From the NCBI GenBank assembly GCA_017647785.1, contig JAGCJW010000041.1, positions 18,960-82,959 on the forward strand: 64,000 nt of DNA. The letters are read 5' to 3'. Each line of letters opens with the position of its first letter. The first letter of the stretch is position 1. Source of the DNA: Bacteroidales bacterium (GTDB taxonomy: Bacteria > Bacteroidota > Bacteroidia > Bacteroidales > P3). A program made the translations under genes and the position numbers. Positions 18,275 through 27,103 of the stretch are shown piece after piece. A model generated the notes under the pieces. That model worked only from the letters and a program-made list of their open reading frames with translations. It searched no databases and was not told the DNA's origin.

Positions 18275-18335
18275 TAAAACAAAGAATTATAAGAATCAAA
18301 TGCTGAATCATAGGTTTATTTTTTTATGTTTCAGG

Positions 18336-18368
18336 TTTGGTTCTTTCAAAAATTTTGTTGTATTTTTG
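18336..18368 (+). promoter_or_regulatory. Full Bacteroidota promoter TTTG-N21-TATTTTTG (AbrB-like/acyltransferase operon)
   Basis: TTTG at 18336-18339, 21-nt spacer, TATTTTTG at 18361-18368, ATG 26 nt downstream. Confidence 0.55.
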
Positions 18369-18394
18369 TGGGAAATTTCTAACTTTTCAAACTT

Positions 18395-18604
18395 ATGAAA
18401 CAAAAAGAAGAAAAATTTATCTTTGGCGTAGTAAAGGTCGGAGATAAGGGACAGATAGTAATCCCAAAGGAAGCAAGAAAGGTTTATGACATTAAACCGG
18501 GTGATGCTCTCCTTCTTTTAGGAGATAAAAATGGTATGGCACTTGTAAAAACCGAGATTTTCCAAAGTGCAGTTGATGATATAATGGAAGGACTTACGAA
18601 ATGA
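18395..18604 (+). CDS. AbrB/MazE/SpoVT-family DNA-binding protein
   Basis: 69 aa. VKVGDKGQIVIPKEARKVYDIKPGDALLLL swapped-hairpin beta-barrel signature. Confidence 0.7.
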   Translation: MKQKEEKFIFGVVKVGDKGQIVIPKEARKVYDIKPGDALLLLGDKNGMALVKTEIFQSAVDDIMEGLTK

Positions 18605-19701
18605 GAAAGCATTGGTTAGATAATCTTCGTTGGGTAACCGTGCTTTCGGTTTTGTTTTATCACGTTATATATTTCTATAATAATAAAGGAGTATTCGGTG
18701 GTATTGGTGGATTTGGAGGAGAGCAATATCAAGATGCAGTAATGTATGTTTTGTATCCTTGGTTTATGATGCTTATGTTTCTTGTTGCGGGAATTAGCTC
18801 GCGATATAGTTTAGAGAAACTTTTTTCTAAACAATTCTTTTCTTCAAGGACAAGAAAACTTTTAGTGCCTGCAACACTTGGTTTGTTTGTTCTTCAATGG
18901 ATTACTGGATATTTTAACACTCTTGGGGCTGAATACGCAACAGGTGCTTCTATATTTCCAGAAGAAATGCCTGTGTTTATAAAATATTTCATTTATTCAA
19001 TATCTGGCATTGGACCTCTTTGGTTTGTGCAAGATTTATGGTTGTTTTCTATCATTATTGTTTTAATTCGCAAATTTGATAAAAAGGATAAACTATGGCA
19101 AGTGTGCGGAAAGATAGGTTTTATCCCTATTTTGCTTTTAGGTCTTTTGCTTTACGCAGGCTCGTTTACGCTTATAGAAAATCCAAGAGCAGAATCGCTT
19201 GACGGACTCTTGAATTTGTATAAGCCTTTGAACTATTTAATTCCTTTCTTAATGGGGTATTTAGTTTTCTCTCATGATAAGGTACATGAGATTTTGGGCA
19301 AATATTCTATTTATCTAATATCTATTGCTGTGATTTTAGGCGGCGTTCTTACTATAACTACTTTTGGTCAAGACAATACTTCGCCTCAATATTTGCAAAG
19401 CCCATTGAATATTGCTTATGCTTGGTTTATGATTTTGGGGCTTATAGGGGTGTTTTATCGTTATTGCAATCAGACTAATCGTTTTGCAACTTATATGACT
19501 AAATCTAGCTTTGGTTTATATGTTGTTCATTATGTAGTGATTGCTTCTTTTGGTTATATGATGAAAGTACATACTTCGCTTCCTGCGTTTGCAATTTATG
19601 CAATATTGACAGTAGCAGTTTTTGTTTTATCTCCAATTTTAAACGAAGTTTTACGCCGTATTCCGATAGTGCGTTATTGTGTTTTAGGAATAAAGAAGTA
19701 A
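18601..19701 (+). CDS. Acyltransferase family 3 integral membrane protein
   Basis: 366 aa, about 10 TM segments. N-terminal WLDNLRWVTVLSVLFYHV is typical of Acyl_transf_3. 4-nt ATGA overlap with the AbrB-like gene. Confidence 0.75.
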   Translation: MRKHWLDNLRWVTVLSVLFYHVIYFYNNKGVFGGIGGFGGEQYQDAVMYVLYPWFMMLMFLVAGISSRYSLEKLFSKQFFSSRTRKLLVPATLGLFVLQWITGYFNTLGAEYATGASIFPEEMPVFIKYFIYSISGIGPLWFVQDLWLFSIIIVLIRKFDKKDKLWQVCGKIGFIPILLLGLLLYAGSFTLIENPRAESLDGLLNLYKPLNYLIPFLMGYLVFSHDKVHEILGKYSIYLISIAVILGGVLTITTFGQDNTSPQYLQSPLNIAYAWFMILGLIGVFYRYCNQTNRFATYMTKSSFGLYVVHYVVIASFGYMMKVHTSLPAFAIYAILTVAVFVLSPILNEVLRRIPIVRYCVLGIKK

Positions 19702-19731
19702 TTAATATTTAACGTAACGAGTATAAAAAAT

Positions 19732-19761
19732 AAAGGGAAGTTAAATTAATAACTTCCCTTT
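19732..19761. terminator. Bidirectional intrinsic terminator hairpin
   Basis: AAAGGGAAGTT-aaattaat-AACTTCCCTTT, 11-bp stem flanked by A- and T-runs, between the convergent acyltransferase and gdhA genes. Confidence 0.7.
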
Positions 19762-19803
19762 ATTCGTTTTATCTATTTGACTTGTTTCTCTAATTCTATG
19801 AGA

Positions 19804-21141
19804 TTAGCAAACTCCTAATTCAATCATTGAATCAGCAACTTTGATAAATCCTGCGATGTTAGCACCTTTAACATAGTTGATGTATCCGTCTTTTTCTGTA
19901 CCGTATTTTACACAGTTATCGTGGATTGAGTCCATCATGAAGTGTAATCTTTCGTCAACTTCAGCACCTGTCCAACCAATGTGTCCAGCGTTTTGGCTCA
20001 TTTCTAATCCAGATACTCCTACTCCACCAGCGTTAGCTGCTTTACCAGGAGCGAAGATAACTTTTGCTTTTTGTAATTCGTGGATAGCGTCAGCTGTACA
20101 TCCCATGTTAGAAACTTCACAAACTAATGTAACTCCGTTAGCGATTAATTGTTTAGCATCTTCTCCGTTTAATTCGTTTTGGATAGCACATGGCATAGCG
20201 ATATCAACTTTTGCTTCCCAAGGTTTTTTACCAGCGATGAATTTAGCTGAAGGGAATTTATCTGCGAATGGTTTAACAACTCCATTGTTAGAAGATCTAA
20301 GTTCTAACATGTAAGCTATTTTTTCATCGTTCATTCCTTCTTCATCTAAGATATATCCATCAGGACCAGAGATACAAACAACTTTAGCTCCTAATTCAGT
20401 AGCTTTCATTGCAGCACCCCAAGCAACGTTACCGAAACCAGAAATAGCAACTCTCTTACCTGCTAATTCTAATCCGTGTTTTTTCAACATGTTGTTTACG
20501 AAGTAAACTCCACCGAAACCAGTTGCTTCTGGACGAAGGATTGAACCTCCCCAACCAGCACCTTTTCCTGTTAAAACTCCTGTATTTTCACGAGCTAATT
20601 TTTTGTACATACCGTATAAGTATCCGATTTCTCTTCCACCTACTCCTATGTCTCCTGCAGGAACGTCTGTGTCAGGTCCGATATATTTGTAAAGTTCTGT
20701 CATGAAAGCTTGGCAGAATCTCATGATTTCGTTATCAGATTTTCCCATTGGATCGAAATCTGAACCTCCTTTACCACCACCCATAGGTAATGTAGTTAAA
20801 GAGTTTTTGAAAGTTTGTTCAAATCCTAAGAATTTTAATGTATCCATTGTTACAGCAGGGTGGAAACGTAATCCTCCTTTGTAAGGTCCAATAGCGTTAT
20901 TGAATTGAACTCTAAATCCTCTGTTTACATGGATTTCTCCTTTATCGTCAACCCATTCAACTTTGAATTGGAATATTCTATCAGGTTCTACAATTCTTTC
21001 GATAATTTTGTGATTATCGTATTTTGGGTTTGCAGCAACATATTCTTCAATAGTTTCTAATACTTCTGTTACTGCTTGCAAGAACAATGGTTGTCCAGGG
21101 TTCTTTGCTTCTACGTCAGCTAAAATTTTTTTTACGTCCAT
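19804..21141 (-). CDS. gdhA: NAD(P)-specific glutamate dehydrogenase
   Basis: 445 aa. LPMGGGKGGSDFDP active-site motif and GFGNVAWG dinucleotide fold. Confidence 0.95.
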   Translation of the reverse strand: MDVKKILADVEAKNPGQPLFLQAVTEVLETIEEYVAANPKYDNHKIIERIVEPDRIFQFKVEWVDDKGEIHVNRGFRVQFNNAIGPYKGGLRFHPAVTMDTLKFLGFEQTFKNSLTTLPMGGGKGGSDFDPMGKSDNEIMRFCQAFMTELYKYIGPDTDVPAGDIGVGGREIGYLYGMYKKLARENTGVLTGKGAGWGGSILRPEATGFGGVYFVNNMLKKHGLELAGKRVAISGFGNVAWGAAMKATELGAKVVCISGPDGYILDEEGMNDEKIAYMLELRSSNNGVVKPFADKFPSAKFIAGKKPWEAKVDIAMPCAIQNELNGEDAKQLIANGVTLVCEVSNMGCTADAIHELQKAKVIFAPGKAANAGGVGVSGLEMSQNAGHIGWTGAEVDERLHFMMDSIHDNCVKYGTEKDGYINYVKGANIAGFIKVADSMIELGVC

Positions 21142-21204
21142 AGTTTTTTATTTTTTAAACGTGTTTATTTATTGTTATTTTAAAAAGTTTCTTGCTTTTC
21201 GTTG

Positions 21205-21212
21205 CAAAGGTA
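21205..21212 (-). promoter_or_regulatory. Bacteroidota sigma-A -7 box (gdhA)
   Basis: Minus strand TACCTTTG, 63 nt upstream of the gdhA ATG. Confidence 0.5.
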
Positions 21213-21261
21213 GATATTATTCTTGAAATAAAGAAAATAATTCTTGAAAAGATTTTTTTAT

Positions 21262-21293
21262 TTCTTTGTTTTAGAAAATTATTTCTTTGTTTT
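21262..21293. repeat. 2 x 21-bp TTCTTTGTTTT repeat (reverse orientation of the AAAACAAAGAA word)
   Basis: Copies at 21262-21272 and 21283-21293, just after the ybaN-like stop codon. Confidence 0.85.
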
Positions 21294-21638
21294 AAAATGC
21301 AAAATGTGTGCTGTTACCGCTATAGCAATTAAGATTAAAAGAATTTTTATAGCTATTATTTTCACAACTATTACAGAGAACAAAATAGTTATCCAAAGTG
21401 TAGAAACACTCACTATTTTTATTTTTTTACTTATAGCCTTATGTACAAGAAATTCCTTAATATACGTTCCTAAACGCCTATGATTCAAAAGCCAATCATA
21501 CAAACGTTTGCTACTTCTAAGAAAACACGTTGCGGTTAAAAGCAAAAAAGGAGTAGTTGGCAATACGGGTAAAAACATTCCCATAACACCTAAACTCAAA
21601 CTAATAATCCCTGCTATAATCAACAAATATTTCTTCAT
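21279..21638 (-). CDS. YbaN/DUF454-family inner membrane protein
   Basis: The track ORF extends to 21773. The ATG at 21638 (MKKYLLIIAGIISLSLGVMGMFLPVLPTTPFLLL) is preferred because a TAATTTTG -7 box lies at 21650-21657. Confidence 0.7.
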   Translation of the reverse strand: MKKYLLIIAGIISLSLGVMGMFLPVLPTTPFLLLTATCFLRSSKRLYDWLLNHRRLGTYIKEFLVHKAISKKIKIVSVSTLWITILFSVIVVKIIAIKILLILIAIAVTAHILHFKTKK

Positions 21639-21649
21639 AATACGAAGTG

Positions 21650-21657
21650 CAAAATTA
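21650..21657 (-). promoter_or_regulatory. Bacteroidota sigma-A -7 box (ybaN-like)
   Basis: Minus strand TAATTTTG, 11 nt upstream of the ATG at 21638. Confidence 0.45.
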
Positions 21658-21667
21658 GTTTTTTTTT

Positions 21668-21675
21668 TACTTTTG
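21668..21675 (+). promoter_or_regulatory. Bacteroidota sigma-A -7 box (murF-alr fusion)
   Basis: TACTTTTG, 18 nt upstream of the ATG at 21694. Only 10 nt separate it from the divergent box. Confidence 0.5.
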
Positions 21676-21693
21676 CAAAAAAGTAATGAATTT

Positions 21694-24081
21694 ATGGTTT
21701 TAACATTAAGTGATTTCATAAAAATATGTGATGTTGAAAGTGTGATTGGTAATAAAGATGTTTTAAACACCAATATTTCCTATCTACTTTTTGATTCAAG
21801 AAGACTAAACTTTACAGAAAACACCATATTCTTTGCTTTAAAAACACAAAACAACGATGGCCATAAATTCATAAAAGAACTTTATGAAAAAGGACTAAGA
21901 TGTTTTATTTGCCAAGACCTTCCCGATATAACTAACCTTAAAGAAGCAGTATTCCTTAAAGTAAAGGACAGTTTAAAAGCTCTACAACAACTCGCAACAT
22001 TTGCAAGAGAATCTTTCAATAAAGAAGTAATAGCCATTACCGGCTCAAACGGAAAGACCATTGTAAAAGAATGGATAGTTCAACTAATAGAAAACAACAA
22101 GAAAATTTGTTATTCACCTCGTAGCTACAACTCTCAAATAGGCGTAGCCCTTTCATTGTGGCAACTAAACGAAGAATTTGAATTAGGACTCTTTGAAGCA
22201 GGCATTTCAAAACCTAATGAAATGGAAAAATTACAAGAAATGATTAAGCCAACAATAGGAATTTTCACCAATATTGGCTCGGCACATCAAGTTAATTTTT
22301 CATCCTTAGACGAGAAAATAGAAGAAAAACTCAAACTATTCACAAATTGCAAAACTCTTATCTGCTCACAAGACGATGAATACCTATTCAATAAAGTTAA
22401 TACATGGTGTAAATCTCGCAATATAGAAATTATCACATTTAAATCATCGGAATTATCAAAAGAATTAAACATCACTTTCAAAGACAAAGCGAGCATAGAG
22501 AACCTATGTTTATCCTATGTAACAGCTTTATATATAGGAGCAGACGAAAACACATTAAAGCAACAAATTAATAACTTATCCACACTTGAAATGCGACTTC
22601 AACTCAAAGAAGGCTTAGGAGAAGGCATTGTAATAAACGATAGCTATTGCTTTGACTTAACCTCTTTAGAAGCAGCATTAGACTACCTTAACCAACACAA
22701 CAAATCACTTAGTAAAGTAGCCATACTCTCCCCTATGGCAGAGAATCAAAACAGCGAATTAAGCTTTAAACAAATCAATTCACTACTTTGCAACAAAGGA
22801 ATAAACGAATTCTATGCAATAGGTAAAGACTTCTTGCAATACAAAGACATTTTTACAATAGAAAAAACACACTTCTTCTCCTCAGTTGAAGAATTTACAG
22901 AAAACTTCTCAATAGGAGATTTCTATTCAAAAGCCATTTTAATCAAGGGCGCAAGAACTTTCAATATGGAAAGAATATCAAACCTATTAGAATCACAATC
23001 ACACCAAACCATACTTGAAGTAAATCTTTCGGCATTAAACGATAACGTAAAATATTTCAAGAGCTTACTAAAACCAAGCACCAAAATAATGGCAATGGTA
23101 AAAGCCTCAAGCTATGGATGTGGAGCATACGAATTAGCAAAAGACCTAGAACACTTTTCCCTTGCCAACTATTTCACAGTAGCCTTTGCAGATGAAGCCT
23201 TACTACTAAGAAAAAACGGAATAAAAAGCCCAATCGTAGTAGTAACCCCTGAAAAAGAAGCATTAGAAAAAATGATTAAATATGATATTGAAGTAGTAGT
23301 TCATAACTTCTCTACTCTCAATATGATAAAAGACTGTAATTTAAGAATACATTTAAAGATAGATAGCGGAATGCACCGTTTAGGATTTGAGAAAAAAGAC
23401 CTAAACCAACTAATAGCATTTCTAAAAGAACACAAAAACCTAAAAATAGCCTCCGTATTCTCACACCTTGCATGTGCAGATAGTCCCGAATTAGACTTCT
23501 TCACAAACGAACAAATCAATAGCTTTGAACAAATAAGCCAAGAAATAACCACTGCCTTTGACTATAAAATCCTACGACACATTTGCAACTCTGCAGCAAG
23601 CGTACGATTTCCACAAGTTCATTACGATATGATTCGCTTAGGCATAGGAATGTATGGCATAGGCGTAAACGAAGAAACACAAAAACATCTCCGTTATGTA
23701 CACAAACTACAAAGTCGATTAAGCGAAATACGCACCATAGAAAAAGGCGAAGGAGTTAGTTATATGCGAAGATTTGTTGCAGACAAACAAAGCAAAATCG
23801 GAGTAATTCCAATAGGCTATGCAGATGGATTGAATAGACACCTTTCCGAAAAAGGCTTTCATGTTTGGATAAACGGCAAACTTGCTCCTATAATTGGTAG
23901 CATTTGTATGGATATGTGTATGATAGACCTAAGCAATATAGAAGCAAAAGTTGGCGATAAAGTTGTAATCTTCGGAGAAGAAAATCCAGTAGAGAATATG
24001 GCAAACGCCTTAAATACTATAAGTTATGAGATATTCACATCGGTATCTCAAAGAATAAAAAGAGTATATTACCACGAATAG
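21694..24081 (+). CDS. Bifunctional UDP-MurNAc-tripeptide--D-Ala-D-Ala ligase (MurF-like) / alanine racemase fusion
   Basis: N-terminal Mur ligase (ITGSNGKT). The C-terminal ~370 aa are an alanine racemase (VKASSYGCGA PLP-Lys region, YADGLNR). Start placed at the ATG at 21694, downstream of a TACTTTTG box at 21668-21675. Confidence 0.9.
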   Translation: MVLTLSDFIKICDVESVIGNKDVLNTNISYLLFDSRRLNFTENTIFFALKTQNNDGHKFIKELYEKGLRCFICQDLPDITNLKEAVFLKVKDSLKALQQLATFARESFNKEVIAITGSNGKTIVKEWIVQLIENNKKICYSPRSYNSQIGVALSLWQLNEEFELGLFEAGISKPNEMEKLQEMIKPTIGIFTNIGSAHQVNFSSLDEKIEEKLKLFTNCKTLICSQDDEYLFNKVNTWCKSRNIEIITFKSSELSKELNITFKDKASIENLCLSYVTALYIGADENTLKQQINNLSTLEMRLQLKEGLGEGIVINDSYCFDLTSLEAALDYLNQHNKSLSKVAILSPMAENQNSELSFKQINSLLCNKGINEFYAIGKDFLQYKDIFTIEKTHFFSSVEEFTENFSIGDFYSKAILIKGARTFNMERISNLLESQSHQTILEVNLSALNDNVKYFKSLLKPSTKIMAMVKASSYGCGAYELAKDLEHFSLANYFTVAFADEALLLRKNGIKSPIVVVTPEKEALEKMIKYDIEVVVHNFSTLNMIKDCNLRIHLKIDSGMHRLGFEKKDLNQLIAFLKEHKNLKIASVFSHLACADSPELDFFTNEQINSFEQISQEITTAFDYKILRHICNSAASVRFPQVHYDMIRLGIGMYGIGVNEETQKHLRYVHKLQSRLSEIRTIEKGEGVSYMRRFVADKQSKIGVIPIGYADGLNRHLSEKGFHVWINGKLAPIIGSICMDMCMIDLSNIEAKVGDKVVIFGEENPVENMANALNTISYEIFTSVSQRIKRVYYHE

Positions 24082-24165
24082 AAAAAATTTCTTTGAAAAA
24101 ATTATTTTTTTCTTTGCTTTAAAAAATTATTTCTTTGAAAAAATTATTTTTTTCTTCGTTTTATT
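24082..24165. repeat. Tandem ~41-bp duplication built from AAAAAATTATTTCTTTG sub-units
   Basis: GAAAAAATTTCTTTGAAAAAATTATTTTTTTCTTTGCTTT followed by AAAAAATTATTTCTTTGAAAAAATTATTTTTTTCTTCGTTTT, in the convergent murF-alr / trkH spacer. Confidence 0.85.
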
Positions 24166-24167
24166 TA

Positions 24168-25625
24168 TTACTTCTTCCAGAACGAAGGCATAAACAAGAC
24201 TATTACTGTTGCTATTTCTAAACGTCCGAGATACATTGCAAGAGATAGAACAATTTTTGCTGCATCTGGAAAGTGTGCAAAGCAACCAAAGCCACCACTT
24301 TCCTTTAATCCCGGCCCCATATTAAAGACACAACTTATCCCTGCTCCTATTGATTCTTCTATTCCAACTCCCATGCAAACTAATGATAAAGATGTTAGTA
24401 ATAAAAGAAGAATAAACATCAAAAATATAGCCATCACATTATTGATAACGCTTTCTTGAACTATATGTCCATCCATTTTCATTGGAATAAAGGCATTTGA
24501 GTGTACTCCTCTTTTGATTACGCTTCTTGCATTCTTAAATAGTAAAAGCACTCTCACGAGTTTCAATCCCCCTGTAGTACTTCCACTCATTGCTCCAGAG
24601 AACATAAGCATCAAAAGCACCCATATTGCAGGCATTGTCCAAGTTGTATAATCGGTAGATACAAAACCTGTACTCGTAATAAAACTTACGGATTGAAACA
24701 AGGCATTCCTAAATGTTTGTTCAATGCCTGTTGTGCTATTGTAAGTAAATAAAAAGATTGCAAGGCATGCAACAACTATTCCAATTATATATGCTCTAAA
24801 TTCATCGCTTCTTTTGAGCATTGAAAACTGTCCTTTAAACAATCTGTAAATTAAAAGGAAATTAATTCCGGCAGGAATCATAAAGAGTATTATCATGTAT
24901 TGAATTAAAGGCGAAAAGCATGAAACGGAAGTGTTTTTTGTAGAAAAACCACCCGATGCTAATGTAGAAAAGGCATGACAAATGGCATCAAAAAAGTCCA
25001 TTCCACAAATCCAATAAACTAAACAGCAAACGGTGGTTAATAAAGCATAAATTCCACAAATAACTTTACCTGTTGTTGCTATGTGAGGAGAGATTTTTGT
25101 CTTGCTAGGTCCTGCACTTTCTGCCGAGAACAACGCCATTCCGCCTCCTCCAATGAAAGGAACAAAAGAAACTACGATTACAACTATCCCTACTCCTCCT
25201 ATCCAATGTGTCATACTACGCCAAAACAATATTCCCTTTGGCAAGCTCTCAACATCGCTAAGAATTGTTGCTCCTGTGGTTGTAAGTCCTGAAATTGTTT
25301 CAAATATAGCATCAGAAATATTTGGAATATATCCTCCAATAAGATAAGGCAATGAGCCAAAGAATCCTATCAAAAGCCAAATCAATGCTACTATTGAAAT
25401 ACCTAATCGTTTATCTATGTTTAATTGTTTATCAACTCTTTTAATTCTGCAAAGCAATCCTGCACACAATGTAATCAAAGTAGAAATCAATAAAGCAGAA
25501 AAGTCTCCTCCTTTGTAATAAAGGGAAGGTATTAGACTTAATGACATAAAGCCCGCTTCCAATATCAAAAGAAGTCCTATAACTCTTACTGCTGTAATGA
25601 TTTGTTCGCTACTTTTTACACTCAT
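24168..25625 (-). CDS. trkH: TrkH-family potassium uptake membrane subunit (copy 1)
   Basis: 485 aa, multi-TM, with repeated selectivity-filter-like TTTGAT, GGFS and STGF segments. Confidence 0.9.
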   Translation of the reverse strand: MSVKSSEQIITAVRVIGLLLILEAGFMSLSLIPSLYYKGGDFSALLISTLITLCAGLLCRIKRVDKQLNIDKRLGISIVALIWLLIGFFGSLPYLIGGYIPNISDAIFETISGLTTTGATILSDVESLPKGILFWRSMTHWIGGVGIVVIVVSFVPFIGGGGMALFSAESAGPSKTKISPHIATTGKVICGIYALLTTVCCLVYWICGMDFFDAICHAFSTLASGGFSTKNTSVSCFSPLIQYMIILFMIPAGINFLLIYRLFKGQFSMLKRSDEFRAYIIGIVVACLAIFLFTYNSTTGIEQTFRNALFQSVSFITSTGFVSTDYTTWTMPAIWVLLMLMFSGAMSGSTTGGLKLVRVLLLFKNARSVIKRGVHSNAFIPMKMDGHIVQESVINNVMAIFLMFILLLLLTSLSLVCMGVGIEESIGAGISCVFNMGPGLKESGGFGCFAHFPDAAKIVLSLAMYLGRLEIATVIVLFMPSFWKK

Positions 25626-25635
25626 ACTTCAACTT

Positions 25636-27087
25636 TTAATTTCTTCCCCAAACAGTTTTTGAAAACAATGCAAAAAAGGCATAGATTTCTAAACGTCCTA
25701 TCAACATCAATACTATCAATGTATATTTTGAAAATACATTTAATTCTAAATAAGAAAAACCCTCTGCTATTGAACCCATGATTGGTCCCATATTACTTAT
25801 AGCTGCAGCCGATAAGGATAAGGATGTTATAAATCCATTACCCATTAAAGACAATAAAAAAGCTCCTATCAAAAACAATAATAAAAACAAGAAGAAAAAT
25901 CCAAAGATTAATCTCACTGATTCATCTCTTAAAGCCTTGCCATTATATCTTACTGGTATTATTGCTCTTGGGTGAAAGATTCTTTTTAAACTTACAGGTA
26001 TATATCGCAACAAAACAATTACTCTAACAATCTTTAATCCTGTTGAAGAAGATGCGGAACAACCTCCAACAAACATAAGAAAGATAAAAATAATAGTTGG
26101 TAACATTCCGAGTGAACCAAATTGCAAATCAAAGCCTGTTGAGGAGACAATTGAGACTATGTAAAACAAGGCTACTCTTATTGCTGATGCTAAATCTACA
26201 TTTCTTGATAATACAAAGTAAAAAACAAAAAAGGCTGTGAATAACAATATTATAAAAACATAAAAGCGTAATTGTTCGTCTTTAAGCAAGCGTTTCCATT
26301 TTCCTTTTATCATAAACAGGAATAGAAAATAACTAATACCCGATAGAAACATAAATGTGATAATTACATATTGGCTATAATTATCGTATGCTCCTATATT
26401 TGCATTATTAACTGAAAATCCTCCTGTAGATATTGTTGAAAGAGAATGGCATATTGCCTCAAACCATGTCATTTCTCCCTTAAGAAGCAAGAGAAAACAG
26501 AAAAGTGTTAATAGAAAGTATATTGTAAAAATCTTATAAACCGTACTAATAATGTGAGGTGAGTCTTTTTCTTTTTCTATTGAGTTAAACTCTGCATTAA
26601 ACAAATTATTAGCTCCGTTACGCAAGTCTTTAAGAAATATAATTATGAAAACAGCAAAACCTAATCCTCCAAGCCATTGAGTAAAACTCCTGTAAAGCAA
26701 TAAACCCTTTGGCATAAGTTCTACATTCTTAATAATACTTGCTCCCGTTGTTGTAAATCCTGAATAGGATTCAAATAAAGAGTTTGTAAATCCTAATCCA
26801 TGAATCATATATGGGATTGCTCCAACAAGTGGCATTATTATCCAAAGCATTCCTATCAAAAGACGACCATCTTTCTTTGATATTAATGCTGTGTAATCTC
26901 TATTTCTATATGCAAAAAAGCCTCCTATTGAACAACTTATAAGAAAGGATATAACAAAAGGCAAGTAATTATCATTGAATAAAAAAGAGCATAGTCCCGA
27001 AAAAAGTAATATTACCGAGAAAAACAACAAATTCATTCCGAAAATATAGAAAAATATCTTCTTGTTCAAATTTCTTGTTAGAAACAT
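25636..27087 (-). CDS. trkH: TrkH-family potassium uptake membrane subunit (copy 2, divergent paralogue)
   Basis: 483 aa, same architecture (TTTGAS, GGFS, STGF) but visibly diverged from copy 1. Confidence 0.9.
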   Translation of the reverse strand: MFLTRNLNKKIFFYIFGMNLLFFSVILLFSGLCSFLFNDNYLPFVISFLISCSIGGFFAYRNRDYTALISKKDGRLLIGMLWIIMPLVGAIPYMIHGLGFTNSLFESYSGFTTTGASIIKNVELMPKGLLLYRSFTQWLGGLGFAVFIIIFLKDLRNGANNLFNAEFNSIEKEKDSPHIISTVYKIFTIYFLLTLFCFLLLLKGEMTWFEAICHSLSTISTGGFSVNNANIGAYDNYSQYVIITFMFLSGISYFLFLFMIKGKWKRLLKDEQLRFYVFIILLFTAFFVFYFVLSRNVDLASAIRVALFYIVSIVSSTGFDLQFGSLGMLPTIIFIFLMFVGGCSASSSTGLKIVRVIVLLRYIPVSLKRIFHPRAIIPVRYNGKALRDESVRLIFGFFFLFLLLFLIGAFLLSLMGNGFITSLSLSAAAISNMGPIMGSIAEGFSYLELNVFSKYTLIVLMLIGRLEIYAFFALFSKTVWGRN

Positions 27088-27103
27088 CTTCTCTTCAATA
27101 TGG

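Noticed and set aside
19877-20314. 145-aa ORF antisense to gdhA; likewise 49312..49863 opposite rocD, 40266..40721 opposite the rho insertion, 16352..16744 opposite rtcB, and 4863..5189 opposite the anti-sigma gene
   Set aside because: All lie fully within strongly supported genes on the other strand. They have low-complexity composition and no start context or promoter box. The 4863..5189 FFFVFS repeats merely mirror the 21-bp coding repeat.
21508-21693. 5' extensions of track ORFs: 21508-21693 (murF-alr), 21639-21773 (ybaN-like), 11370-11423 (sdaA), 38731-38754 (ffh), 39934-40032 (DUF1343), 40111-40134 (rho), 17512-17535 (CatA-like)
   Set aside because: In each case a TAnnTTTG -7 box and/or the divergent gene lies inside the extension, and the conserved protein N-terminus or signal peptide begins at the downstream ATG.
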